From contig CM060731.1 in assembly GCA_030704615.1 (NCBI GenBank), forward strand, positions 68,200,001 to 68,264,000: 64,000 bases of DNA. The letters are read 5' to 3'. Source of the stretch: Takakia lepidozioides (Eukaryota > Plantae > Bryophyta). Position numbers and translations under genes: made by a program. The stretch's first letter is position 1. Every line of letters begins with the position of its first letter. This document shows positions 25,830 through 39,109 of the stretch, in pieces. The notes under the pieces were generated by a model, which worked only from the letters and a program-made list of their open reading frames with translations, ran no database searches and was not told where the DNA came from.

Positions 25830-26330
25830 AGATAGACAGCTGTTATCCACAGAGGCAGCTATATTGCTGCCAGATCCAAGAGAGATAGACACTGGGCAGT
25901 CAACAATTCGGATGGCATCATGGGTGGTAGAAAAGTCATTGGAACCAAGAGATGTGAGCAATAGAGGGCTACTGACAAAGGAGGTGACACTTGACAGGTG
26001 CAGTAAGGAGCTCCTGATGGTGATCATATTTGGTAGCCTCTTTTTGTTGCATTAACACAAAATGCCCTAATGCCTTCTCACATGGCCCCTGCTGAGGTAA
26101 TCCTGTAAACATGGTGATTCATGAGAGAGTTGGCCAGGATTTACGTTCACTGCAATTTGATAACAATTCTGCAACAATGCTGCTCGTCATGTACAGTCTT
26201 GAAAAAGTGTTTCCTGACTTGATATCTGGCTTGAATCTACTTTTCCGCCTGTCCCCTGCCAGGGCTTTTGCAATTTCTGACTTCCCTGGCCCTTGGCAAC
26301 CCCATACCCTGACTTTGGTCCTCAAAAAAG
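25830..26330 (-). pseudogene. Possible P-loop NTPase (NB-ARC-like) remnant
   Basis: VRVWGCQGPGKSEIAKALAGD resembles an NB-ARC P-loop context; flanking frames are broken. Confidence 0.3.
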
Positions 26331-27004
26331 GTTATGCCGTTACAAGAACCTCAGCTTGAGTTTCCACCACCTGTGTGCAATAATATTGTTGCAAAAGACC
26401 TGGGCAAGCTTTTGGATTTCATGTTACTTTATACGCTGGCACTGACATTATAGTTGGATAATTGGGATCCGCTGGCTGAGAATGCAGGGGACCATGTGGA
26501 GAAAGGGGTTATCATATATGTTCAAGCGCCTCTCGCTCTGGACTGTTGTCTCAGCAACCTCGATACTCCTCAGAAAAGTGCCAAGGCTAGTATTACTTCC
26601 ATTTCAAATTCCCTGTAACTTGATTGTCACTGACTGTGTTATGGAGATCTCAGCTGTCCCCAATATCAACCCTCTTCAAGTTTGTTTTAGGACGACCCTT
26701 AGAGGTGATGCTTGGCAACAGTCAACAGCCCACATTCTCTCCCCTTTTTGTGCATATCACAAATGTAGACTGGCAGAGTTGTGATCTCTCTGTCAGTTGC
26801 ATGAGGTGTTTTCCTCAGTTATTGCACTATGATTTTCATGAGGGGAGACAGGGCGACTAGGAGCCTCCTCATGATTGTTGATGAGTGTGGGAGATTTGAG
26901 ATGTATTCTGAGTTGTAGTTTTAAGGTTTAAAACTAACCGATATGACTCATGCAGGAAGGCAGGGTTGCATCAGGCACAGTGTTTTGAATCGGCCACCTC
27001 TATC

Positions 27005-28371
27005 ATGACGTCTGATACTGGAAGGCGACCAAGGGAGGGAGTCTATAAGAGCTCTTCTATAATTTATGGGGATTTGAGGTCACTATGTATGGCCGGACAA
27101 CTGAAAGATGCACTGCACATTCTGAACCAAGGAGGCATTTCAGTGGATTCCAGTACTTACATCTACCTTTTGCGGGAGTGCAGCAAATTTGAAGACCTTG
27201 AAATGGGAAAGCAGGTGCACAACCACATTATTCAAAGTGGATTAAAGCCAGACATGTTTCTACTTAACACTATTGTCAACATGTACGCCAAATGCAGGAG
27301 CATGGTGGATGCACGCCTAGTGATGGACAAAATGCCTGAACGAAATATGTTTACGTGGACTATAATGATGACAGGATATGTGAAGCATGGGTGTGGTATG
27401 GAGGCTTTCAAGATTTACGAGCACGTGATACAGGAAGGAGTGAGGCCCAACAACGTTACATTCATTTTCAAGGCGTGTGCCAGCCTTGCAGCCCTGGATA
27501 AGGGCAAGGAGGTCCATGCTGACAGCATCAAAGCTGGACTTTCTCCAGATATTACTGTGGAGAATACCCTACTTCACATGTATGCGAAATGCGGGATCAT
27601 AAGAGATGCACGTCAAGTGTTCGACAATATGGCTGAACCAGATGTGGTCTCATGTAGTGCAATGATTGCAGGATATGCTCAGCATGGGTGCGGTCAGGAG
27701 GCTTTGGAGATTTATGACAACCAACAATGTCACATTTGTTTGTGTTCTCAATGCGTGTGCCAGCCTAGCAGCTCTGGGAAAAGGCAAAGAAGTCCATGCT
27801 GATATCATCAAAGCTGGAATTGTGCCAAATATGTTTCTGGAGACTGCCCTCGTCGACATGTATGCCAAGTGTGGCAACATGAAGGATGCGCGTCAAGTAT
27901 TCGACAAAATGGCTTATCGAGATGTGGTCTCCTGGAATGCATTGATAGCAGCATATGCTCAGCATGAGTGTGGTCATGAGGCTTTCAAGATCTATGAGCA
28001 ATGATAAGGGGTAATCCCCACAAAGGTCATATTTGTATGCATTCTCAATGCATGCGCCAGCCTGGCAGCACTGGAGAAGGGCAAAAAGGTCCATGCTGAC
28101 ATTAGCAAAGCTGGAATTGCACCTGATATCATTCTGGAGACTGCTCTTGCTGCCATGTATGCAAGATGCGGGAACATGAAGGATGCTCGTCAAGTGTTTG
28201 ATAATATGGCTCAACGAAATGTGGTCTACTGGTGCGATGATCACAGGATATGCTCAGCAAGGGTGTGGTATGGAGGCTTTCAACACTTATAAGCAAACGG
28301 TACGGGAAGGAGTGACGCCTGACAAAATCACATTCATTTGCGTTCTCAATGCACGTGCTGGCAATGCTTGA
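27005..28371 (+). pseudogene. PLS-class pentatricopeptide repeat (PPR) pseudogene
   Basis: Repeated NTIVNMYAKC..DARLVMDKM..WTIMMTGY / TFVCVLNACASLAALGKGKEVHADIIKAG..ETALVDMYAKCGNMKDARQVFDKM..VSWNALIAAY motifs. Frameshifts near 27720 and 28000-28230 and stops at 28002-28007; no E/DYW domain seen. Confidence 0.9.
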
Positions 28372-28449
28372 TGAGACAACTTTGCTCTAACTCAGCCATT
28401 CTTTTAGTGGCGAATAATCGCCAGATTTCGACCTCAAAAAATAAAATCG

Positions 28450-28650
28450 AATATTCTGTCGCAAATCCACCGTTTTTTCATGGATGAAATCGCCAAATTT
28501 CTCAAATAAAAATAAATTATGGATGAATTCGCCAAATATGGATGATATATATGGATGATGGCACATAGGTGGATGAATTACAGTGGATGAACAGAATAAA
28601 TGGCTATTTCCTGCAAAACTCTGTAGCCACTCGTGCTATTTTTCAAATTT
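28450..28650 (+). repeat. Dispersed ~200-bp repeat (ATGGATGA-rich), second copy at ~52000-52205
   Basis: Both loci share AATATTCTGT.GCAAAT..TTTTTTCATGGATGAAAT..AATAAATTATGGATGAATTC.CCAAATATGGATGATA..AAACTCTGTAGCCACTCG. Confidence 0.7.
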
Positions 28651-29984
28651 AAAAAAAAAAACACTGCTGTAACTCGAAATAGAGATAGCTGGTGTACTCA
28701 AGTTTAACAACATTTATTTCATTTTATCTTCATGTTGTTATAAAATTTATTAGTTATAAATATGTATAGTCGTACAGTCATGACTCATTGTTTACACGGA
28801 AATGACGATATCTAAGAACAGAAACAAATGATATGATAATTTGAATCCGAATTGTTGAAGAATTTCTAATCGGAGCACCATCTCGTCTAGCTCTTGCACA
28901 TGACAAATACTCGAAGCCAGATATTTGCAGTTGTTTGTGATCTTAGTCCCGGCCAACGTCCGGGGAGAACCGGCAGCCAGTTACATGCTAGCCGACTGAA
29001 TTCCAGAATTTCCGAATGAAATATGAAACCTCAGGAAATGGATCCCAGGGAAAAAATGGCCGAAGTGGAAATCAACCGGGTGCCCTACTCTTAGGAAGGA
29101 TATTTGCCTTTCCATCATTCAGACAGACAGGAAATCTGCCTTAGTTGGCAAGGCCTGGACGGATTCCGGCCCTTCTTATATTACAAAATATGGAAATGGC
29201 CGTCGAAGTCCACCACATGGCAGAAATCCAACGTGCCAGGCCGGGTTACATCCAAGGAAGGGCGTTTAGGTCAAAAAATATTGAACTCAAACAGGGCGGG
29301 CCCGCGGGCAAACCCTACTAAGTCTGGACGTTGCTCTCGCAGCCCCCAGCCCCACGCCTGCTTGCACTCGCTGCCTGCTATCACAGCTCACCCGTCCACG
29401 CGGGTTCAATTCTTCTCCATGTGGTTTGAAGGCATTGACAGGTCCAGCTTCTATAAGGATACAATGTTCTTCACTTGTTTGAATTGCTTAAAACTGGTTG
29501 TGATTATTTTTTATTATTATTATTTACTTATTGTTGTGCATTTGACACCTGTGTTGTCAACCGGTTGATATTTATAAGGGCCGGATTTATAGCTGAACAC
29601 AAAATAAATCATTAGGAATATTACCGGTTGTAAAGAAATTATCTCGGAAATTGACCGGGTATAGTTACCACTAAGGGGCAGCAACCGAGTGCCCAACCCA
29701 CTTAGCTGATTGCTGCTGGGACTGAGCGGCTACTGGCTGGTTCAACTGAAATTATTTCCCGGACGCTGGTCCCGGCAAACTTATGTGAGTCAAAGGTGTT
29801 AACTCTGGTCCCTCTCAGACCTTTAGAAAAGAAAACTCTGGCTACATGAGCCTAGTAACAAGAGTTTCGTTTCGGTACTTTCAAGTCGAGTCTAAACATC
29901 AAGTTATCAACAGATGCAGAGAGGAAGAGGAGATGGTAATTGCCCAATGTGCAGGTAACCCGAAGACAGTATCCATTTTATGAT

Positions 29985-30270
29985 ATTCTCACCAGAGAGT
30001 GTGAACATTGTCTCAGCACTTCTGTTCACCCACTTCGAAAAAATCGAGGCTGAGCCTAAAGCCCTGGGATCTACCTTTTGGGCTGCTCACACGCACAGCA
30101 GATTGATGCTGTGTGCAGGGTTTTGTGGAGGATATGTGGAAAGCCCGAACTATTTGTTTCTACCAAGGTAAATTACACTCCTGGGGTGAGTCCCTCATAA
30201 AGGTAGTTTCTGGTCCCTTTTTGTTCCGCCAAACTGGGCGGAGGGTCTATGGCCATAATAAGGCTATTGC
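29985..30270 (+). mobile_element. LINE-like 3' fragment, copy 2
   Basis: Aligns by eye to 20340-20652. Confidence 0.5.
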
Positions 30271-31052
30271 AATCTAAAGATTAGATTACGATTCTCGATT
30301 TCTTATGCTCAGCCTCGAGATTTTGGAAGTTGGTGAAGAGAGGTGCAGACTATGAGAACATGTTCCTGATGGTCCCGAAGATTTTTCGTTTGTCCAGGAG
30401 CCATTTCATTGGTTCCTACGTGGCTCAGGAAGACATGTTCTACAAACGCAACCATGGCCCCTGTCCTTGCAGATCTTGCTACGTATGCTCTCTCGTGCAC
30501 TTGGCAACCCATTTCATCAGATTTGCAGAGGTGGGTTTGATTAGTACATCGTGTTTGCCATAGCTTTGCGTTCTTGGTTCATTTGCTGAATTAGGATGCA
30601 GCAGGAAACAAAAACAGGGGCAGGGGCATGGATTTAAGAATAGAATAGTGGCTTGTATGTTCCAAACCATCATTTCAGTGATGGAAGCAGTCTCGTACAT
30701 GGAATCCCAGTTTAAATTGCCTGAAAAGCTTCACCATGGCACATTATGTTACACTCAAAAGTTCATGAAAGCTGTCCATTTACGATCTGACAGGAATTGG
30801 CATGACTTTTAACTGTGAAAAGCTATGTTGCAGATATCGGTTGGTGATTACTGGACTTCTCTCCAACTCGCTCGCTCTCTCCCTTGATTGCATACGGTAA
30901 ATTCACATTTCATTCTCAGGAAAGTATCTCTTCGGGGGCAGAGGCAAGACAGGGAGAAAGAGAATGTCACATCAGCATAGCCACCACAGAAATATGCGTA
31001 CCTTCTGTCCACGCCACATGAAAGAAGCTCTTGTAGGTTGGCAGAAAAATTG

Positions 31053-31292
31053 TTTGCCGTAGTGACCATAGACCCCGTGCCCAGTATGGACGGACTAGGC
31101 ACTACCTTTGTGAGGGGCTCACTCCAATAGTGTGCCTTACCTTGATATAAACAATTAGTACGGGCTTTCCATATATCCTCTAGAAAGCCCTTCACACAAC
31201 CATCAATCTGTTGTGTGTGAGCAGCCCAACACTTAAACCCCAACAGGGCCAGGGCTTAAGGCTCAGCCCAAAGATTTTCGAAGTTGGGTGGG
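31053..31292 (-). mobile_element. LINE-like 3' fragment, copy 3
   Basis: Reverse-complement match to the same family. Confidence 0.5.
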
Positions 31293-31957
31293 GCAATTAC
31301 AATCTCCTTTTGCTCTCTGTCTGTTTATTGTTCAAAGGTAGGCTCCCCACCTTGAGTTTAAATAACAGTCTAGTGCCGAGGGTAGGTAGGCCCTTCAGAT
31401 CATCCTTAAGGTCCTTTGCCCATGGAAACAAGTTCAGGGAAGTTTTATGCCTAACCTCATTTTCATCGGACTCTCTTGGGCATCAGACAGGGCTTTGGAC
31501 GCGCCCCCCTCCAGGTCAGCTTCCTCCAGTTGGTCAAGTCTTCTGACTAATATTCCGATACTTGAAAATCTCTTCTTCCCTTTTCCGCCAAGACTTAGCC
31601 TGTTTATTATCCCGAAGAGAGAGAGAGTTAGAAAGAGATGAGATTTCCTCTTGTTCAGCCATCATTCAAACCAATGTGCTCTTTACAGGCAGGGCAGGGC
31701 AGGGCAGCCTTCCATTGTGTCTAAGCTCACATCGTCTAGTTCAGTAGCTTTGAGACTAGCTGCTCAACCTCATCAAATTAGGCAGGAAAGCGCTCACGAA
31801 CTACTTGGAGTTGGTGTCTTACAGGGCTTGGAACGCAATGGATGAAGCCCATATCATGAATGACAGTAAGGAGAAGCTGTGCTTCTGCTCTATGGATGTT
31901 GCTAGAGACCTCCCAACTGCTCCGTATCTCTCTCACTCTCCTCAATCCCCTGTGACT

Positions 31958-32068
31958 TCATCAAGGTAAGTCACACTATCAGAGTGAGCCCCTCACAAAG
32001 GTAGTATCTGTTCCCATTTGTCCGCCCAAACTGGGCGCCGGGTCTATGGCCACAAGGCTACGGCAAAT
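31958..32068 (+). mobile_element. LINE-like 3' fragment, copy 4 (shortest)
   Basis: Only the terminal ~110 bp of the family. Confidence 0.5.
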
Positions 32069-32279
32069 CCTGATTGTAATAGTGTCTTTAATAATGAGTG
32101 ACGATTAATGGTGAGTATTTGCAGGCTGCACAGGGAGAGAAGGACGAGGAGGAAGAGGAGGATGATATTGAAATTGTTGGGTAACTCCTAAAATTGGAGT
32201 GACCACCGAGCAAGATGAGCCTTTCAAGCTGGTGTCTGTCGTTACTTGAATCTTAATGATGCATTGCCGAAAAATTATG

Positions 32280-33290
32280 TATGAGCTCTTTCAATTGTGG
32301 GGAGAAGGAACACTGCTTTGAGTACTTGGCCACCTTTGTTCTCATTATCAGGAGCTGACATTGACCAACGAGCGGTTTTTGGTGCAAGAGATGCTCTTCC
32401 ATCCAACTGACCTAGGTAATTTGGTACCTCTGTTGCTACTGAAATTCTCCACCACAACAGGATATCACCCCCCTTGTTTGATGACAATGGTGATGGTGAA
32501 TGGCAGCAACTCTTGTGCAACTGATAGAGCCCCATTTGTTACATTGGGTTTTAAGATCCTCCATACCAGCATGTCAGACAGAATCCACTCATTGAAGTTG
32601 AAGTTGGGTTAGACCCTGCAGCTGTGGTAAGTGACTTGTCTGCTTCATAGTAAATTTCCTTGACACTTACCTTAAGCCATGTGATGTCAATAGCCCATGT
32701 GGCTGGTCAACTTGTCTTCTCTCCAGCCCTCAACCTTGTCTAACAAATGCAAATGCTTTGCACTGATTGAAGTTTTTTCATCAGCCTACAGTATCTCATG
32801 CCTGCTTGCATGCAGGTTATCTTCAGTATTGTTGTTAATATGCGCAAGACCAACATCACAATAACTATCTTTATTACTTGTCACATCTCCGCTGTGCAGG
32901 TTGTGTCACTTGAGCAGCATTGTGGTTTCAGGGCAAAGAGGAAGACAAAGCGCTGCCAAACACTGTTGATTGGAACTTAGTGTCAAATGGATGACCTTAG
33001 CCTACTGTGTAAGTTGTACTGCAATAAGTGGCCCTTCAAAAAGTGTCCACCTAGTAGCAACACCGGTGGAGTTGTTGTACCAGGCACTTGAGATACAGAT
33101 TGCGAAAGGAACATGATCTGATAGCTTGACAGTCAACACAATTTTGAATCAGCATCCACAAAAGCTTGCTTGTGACACGAGTGCTGACATTGTTTCTAAA
33201 GGCATAAAACTGCCAAACTGCAAGTTTTTGAGTAAAATCTCGTCACAATTCTGGCCATATTGGATGAAGTTCTCTCTGTAAAGATGTGCC
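32280..33290 (-). pseudogene. Degenerate hAT transposase remnant
   Basis: Minus strand GVATRWT (~33045-33066; cf. hAT V.TRWNS), followed downstream by GDILLWWR (cf. hAT dimerisation D.L.WW) in the expected order; many stops. Confidence 0.4.
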
Positions 33291-33930
33291 TTACCTCCTG
33301 GTACTGTTCATACACACATCATACAAATGAAAATGACGTTCTCTTTCAGTGTGCATAAGAAAATCTTTTCAAAGGGTGCTTGCAAACCTCTGAAAGCACG
33401 CTCAAGGTTGTGCAAGTGATCCCACCCCAAACTAAATCCAGCCCCGAGAAGGCTTTGGCATTGTTACTGACGGTTGCAGCAATGTCTTACACTATTCAGC
33501 CAACACTGCAATCTGTGCCAAGAATGCACCTCAAGGAGACTCTAGCTGATGGATGCTTTCGAGTTAGCATCACAATCGCTCTGGTCCTAAACACGTCATT
33601 GAAACACAAGCACTAGTTGCCAGCAAATCTATCTCCTCACTCAACTCAAAGCTCAATTGTCGGTGGCGGCAGGGGGACAGTTCTCGTCATTTATTTCTAG
33701 TTTTTGCTCCGGAGGCAAAAGGGAGAGATTTAGGGACCCTCTGAGGAGGGAATTCCCGTCATTTCAATACATTGACGGGTTAACTAATGAAGCATTGCAT
33801 GCTGAAATCCTCAACCACAAGCTACTTCTATCTTCACTGGAATACCCTACTTGATCTAGTGGTAAAATGCGTTTTTAGATTTCCATGGAAGCAGCGACCC
33901 GAGCAACAGTCTGAGTAGGTCCTCAGATCC

Positions 33931-34823
33931 TTAAAAGTTGCGCCCGCAAGTCTTTGGTCCTTGAGGAGTTAAAATCAACTGGTTGTCCGGTTCGAGGCTG
34001 ATCCCCGACTCAGAGACGAAATCAAGCAGCGTATCCACTGTGACGGGGGGAAGGAGCAGGGGTGTCCTGGAAAGAATGAACAGCCCCTGGTCAAGAAAGC
34101 CATCGAACACCACACAGCTATACACAAGCGCGACTTCGTATTTGCTCTCTGCGTCCCCATGCAGATAGATGATCCTGTAATCGCCTGGCTCGGGAACATA
34201 GGGGAAATAGACTGCAAGCCTACCAGGCGCAGTCGCAGTTGCATATCCAACAATACCGGAATCCTGGCCCGAGCTTATGTTGTAACCGCTGTTGAAGACC
34301 CTCACGTCCCCTTCCAGCGATCCGTCAGGAATGACGGAATAACGCGCGCTTATGCAAATCAGGTCTTGTTCTTGAAGCTTCTTAAACAGAGCAGTGCTTC
34401 CAATCTCGTACCATACTCCCGCGTATGCTTCCAGTGAAACGTTTACAAGCGGGGGGTTGGGGCAAGCCGCGGAAACATCAGCAGCATGGCTCTGCAGGCC
34501 AATGTCCGCGAAGGGAGAAGATTAGGAGACATACTTCAATCAGCAATGGGGGCTGCTTTGAAACATTCTCAACACAGCATGGCGAGTCAATGGCGAGAAA
34601 CACAACAGACTCAAAATGGAGAACAGCAGACGAGGAAAGCAAAGCAGCTCTCCGACCCACGACCCAGCTTCCGACATACACATCCCATGAAGTATGCAGC
34701 CCGACAAGCAAGCATCCCCAGCTCCTGGAAGACAAAACCCATCGCTATTGTTACCTTTAAAACAACCGCCGCCAGCAGCACAACCCCCAGAAGCACAGAG
34801 GGTGCCGATTTCAAGCTGGCCAT
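33931..34823 (-). CDS. Secreted lipocalin (ApoD/Blc-like), 2 exons, ~209 aa
   Basis: Exon 1 34823-34755 is the signal peptide MASLKSAPSVLLGVVLLAAVVLK; GT..AG intron; exon 2 34491-33931 gives ACPNPPLVNVSLEAYAGVWYEIGS (lipocalin GxW motif), DYRIIYL, YEVALVYSC, LFILSRTP and C-terminal TC. Frame intact. Confidence 0.88.
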
Positions 34824-35739
34824 TGCTGTAGCCAAGCCGCTCCAACTAAACGATGCTACTACCTTCACAGCTGCTTTGCACACATTTATAGCAAGCGCAT
34901 GCTTCAAATTCCAGATCCATACGCTTTCAAACTTGTTGACTTCCCTCGCTCTCTCTCTCTCTATCTCGTGCTCGTCTCTAACTTAACACGTGAGAAATTG
35001 AGGCATTGAAGATAAGACGGCGTTGTTTTCCCTTTCGTTTACATCTTTGAAGCAGACACAAAAAGGAGGATAAGAGAAACAGTATGCGCGAACGACTGGT
35101 ATACAAGGATGTAATTAGAATATTCCATCAGTCAGTGCGGATATCCAACCGATGATTTTTATTTTTTTGGTTGAACAGGGTCTGGGGCCCTGGTTTAATT
35201 TTATTAGGATTATTTGAAGGGAAAAAAATTAAAACCCTTTAAAGCACAAGGCCGCCATAAGGCTCTAAGGCACGGCTAGCCGTGGATGATTGCACTTCTG
35301 GTCATTTGGGTGGATGTTCACATCACTTTTATGACCGACATTTAGGCAACTTTTTTTTTCAGCTTGTGTATTAGTGGATTCAGGGTATGCAAAATATGCT
35401 TAAGTTAACCCTTAACTTCCTACGCGACACGTTTTTGCAGATGAACTTTTCTTTTACATTAACTCCTTATGAGCATTTGGCATTCCATCATGAAACATGC
35501 AAACATGAAACATGAAACATTGGCATCGGATCATGGGATTCGGATGACATGGTGGATTCATTGGCTCCTCCCTAAGGAGAGACCATTGATTGGTTTCTCC
35601 CGATGTACCTTCCCAAGTTAATACCTATATATCAAGATCTCCCCTCCCAATAAATAGCCATTTTCAGTATACTCTAGATTCTCATCCGCCTGTTGTAACC
35701 GATTCATTCATAACTTGGTGAGTGCTATAATTTCATTAT

Positions 35740-35972
35740 AGTCAGTTCCCTTCAGTTTATCCCTCCACCCCCTTTAATTTTATGATATTCAGTTCTTGTC
35801 AGGTTTATCCCATATTCAGTTCCCTTCAGATTTATCCCTTCAATTTTATTTTATCCCCTCAGTTCTATTATATTCAGTTCCCTTCAATTTTATCCCTTCA
35901 GTTCTACTGTAATCATTTTCTCTCAGTTTTATCAGAATGACTTCCATTATATTCAGTTCCTTTCAGTTTTAT
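35740..35972. repeat. Imperfect pyrimidine-rich minisatellite (ATATTCAGTTCCCTTCAGTTTTATCC-like units)
   Basis: Repeated CAGTTCCCTTCA..TTTATCC motifs. Confidence 0.6.
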
Positions 35973-37273
35973 CACACAAAGGCTCTATCCACTATATCCA
36001 CTTTATCCACTTTTTCTCTTACTATGCAATTCTACCCACGTTAGGCCATGTAAAGCAATGAATATGCCATAGATGTTAGTTTCTAGGGTTTTGTTTTTGT
36101 TTTTGTTTTCCGCTAAACGTGTCTTCTACTTGCATTTTCAGGATGCTCGACATCCAATAGATTGCCTAATGGTTAGGGCATAATGTCATTTCAATAATGG
36201 GTGTGGGTTCAAAACCACGTATGTGTGTTGGATGTTATACCTTCCTATCGGATGGTAGTAGCCATTTCGGGGTCAAGTGACACCATAAGTTACGTTGCTT
36301 CAGCAAAAGTCCATTTTTTTATTTTTCCGTGGTTGACACATAGCCAATTTTTTGTTGGGCCAGGCCCAATTGAGATAAAAAGATGACATAAACCAAACAT
36401 AGCGTAAATAAATGCATCTTTCTTTTGAGAGTAGTGCACCCTATAGGTGGTGGAATTTATCAAGTATGACATATCTACAAGGGGACTAGTTGACCGCTAT
36501 CAATTTTGAATGAGTGTATAAGGGATCTAGGGTGTTGAGGTCTAGACAGAAGTTTTTGGAGTTGTCAAGCTCTTTTGATTATGTATAGTTATTTGGAGAC
36601 GGTGTAATGTGGGATGTGTTTGCAATGTAGGGAAAGATGTGACCTTGTGTACTTGAGGGGGTTGGGTGTTGCACATTATGCGATGCTTGTTAGGATATAT
36701 TGGTGGCCAAGATTACATCTTTGTTGGCCCTGCCATCAGGCAGATTCTATGCAATGGTTTCTCCCACTTGTCATAGGACCAATGTTTTTCTTTTAATGAT
36801 TGTCATCCATTTGACATCCATTTTGGTTTCAGTCTTGTCAATTTGTATGCAGGATGCGATCTTGGCACCGTCATATTGCCTCAATGCTGGGAGGATTATG
36901 TACAAGACCAGATGAGGTCATGTTCAGGTTGCGAGAAATGATGGGGAGCATGCCGATTTGAAGGATGGTGACTTGCTACTTATTCCAAAATTCTTTCCCC
37001 ACATTAAGAAACCGAGCGGTGATGGATTTGAATGGATTTTGGGGGCGCCATATGAAGGCATGTTGACACTGTAGGAGTTGATTGTTCATGTTACGACCTA
37101 CAAGAGACTAGCCATGTCATGGTCTGTGAGAGTAGCTCATAACTAAAAACGCGGTACATACCTAGCCTTAGCCCACCATGGGTTTGCTCTCTTTTGTAAA
37201 AGTGAGTGGTGTAGGTGCAAATTGAGCAATATAACAAAATATCTTGTTTTGAGTTTATATATGAGAGAGCATT

Positions 37274-37277
<4 letters not shown>

Positions 37278-37337
<60 letters not shown>
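37278..37337. repeat. (TC)n microsatellite
   Basis: ~30 uninterrupted TC dinucleotides. Confidence 0.97.
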
Positions 37338-37340
<3 letters not shown>

Positions 37341-39109
37341 CGCGCGTATATCTTCATGTCCATATGAGGTAAGAGGCTTTTGAACAACTATTTGTCTATG
37401 TCCAGTCCATGTGAATAATATAATGGAACTCTCTAGTTTGACAATTAAGCTTACTCATTATAATTCAACTGATAAATGATTGTTGAACATGGACAAACTG
37501 ATTTGTGGGAATTATTAAATCGATGGAAAAACCAACAGCAGATTCGATGGGTAAACTGTTGCTTACTAGATCCTTCTACAGTGAACAAACAAATTAAACT
37601 ATCTATCATAGTAGGTTTATGTGTTTAATGGTGGACACCAAGCCCGGTGGTAATTGACACATACCACCAAGAAAGCGGTTGTGGGGTTCAATCCAACAAT
37701 TGATGTCAGAAAAGTGTCCACCCTCCAGCCGGAAGGCAATTGTCCTTTCGGGTAAAGAAACACCATAATTTACGCTTCCTTCAGAAAGTGTCAAACGTTT
37801 TTCTTTTCTTTTCTTTTATTCTTTTGGTTGAGTGATGCACTTACCATTATCGTTATTAGTGCATGGTAATACACACTGCACCATGTTATGAGCATGGAGA
37901 AACATAGTTTGCCCTAGCTAGCAACCAGAGTCAATGGAACTTACGCACCAAATCAGGAGTCAACACCACAATTGCCCTGCTTCTATCCTATGGGGCATCA
38001 GAGGGTCCATGACCGGTGTTTGGTGTTAACCACCAAGAGCTGGGTTAACCACTGGTTCCAGTTATTAGAAACCGGACTAGAACTAGACCTGCGCAACTGG
38101 ACCTACACTTATAGAACCGACAGAACCATAATAGTCAGTAGGTAGGTAGTCGATTCTGCCGCTTTTGAGAAATCATGATCATTTTTTGCGAGCATATATG
38201 GATATTTGTCAGGCAGTTCATATATACCAGCTCATTTTGTAGAAATTATGAAAATCGCTCTTGTTTTAGCCACATTGCTGGCAGATTATGCTTTTGCATA
38301 ATGGCTTCTGCCACATTATGCAAAAGCATAATGTGCTAGTTTGACTTTTCAATTTCTATAGCCTAGTATGATTTGCAGCTATCGCATGATAACGTATTGA
38401 AATAAGCATAAAAGATAGTTGTGGCATAGATTCGTGAGAGAACCACAAACTCTAAGTACCTCCTTCAAGATGACAATAAAAATTGACAGTTTACGTACAT
38501 GTGACATTGCCATAATCTCTGACAAAGCTCAAAAAATGTAATCGCTATTTGGAATATAACCATATATTATACTGTCTTTAAATCTGCTCAATCTTGCAGC
38601 AATGAGCAAGACAAACTTCAATCTCTCGATATTATAATATCTTGATCATGTCTATTGAAACTCAAATATGTCAGATCTACTCAGATTTTTGGACTGCTTT
38701 CAACATCTCCATTGCGCTTGAATGATCAGCCATAACCAAAATTTGTCACATACGTTGCCAACTTGTGCCTCTCAATACATCTATCCAAGTGAGCAACTAT
38801 TTTTAAACTGTAGTTTAGGTTACCAATTCTGCAATCAAATCTTAGCTCTGGCCCATCAGCATTTAAAGCATATATGCGTAGCTGCTCTATATTATAGCTG
38901 CATCCAGCCCTCTAATCCTTTTGATATGATAATGTTGCACCCGTCGATCAGCAACCCGCTGCAAATCCTTGCTCGAGCCCCACAATGGAGTGTGAGCAAC
39001 CATGGCAGACAACTCCGCCATACCATACATGTCATCCTACTCTCCCGGAGGTGACACATCCTCTGAATGAGTGTTGTCATCTAACAACTTTGTAGGCCAA
39101 GTCACTACA

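Noticed and set aside
37091-37387. ORF with RE repeat
   Set aside because: Translation of the (TC)n microsatellite.
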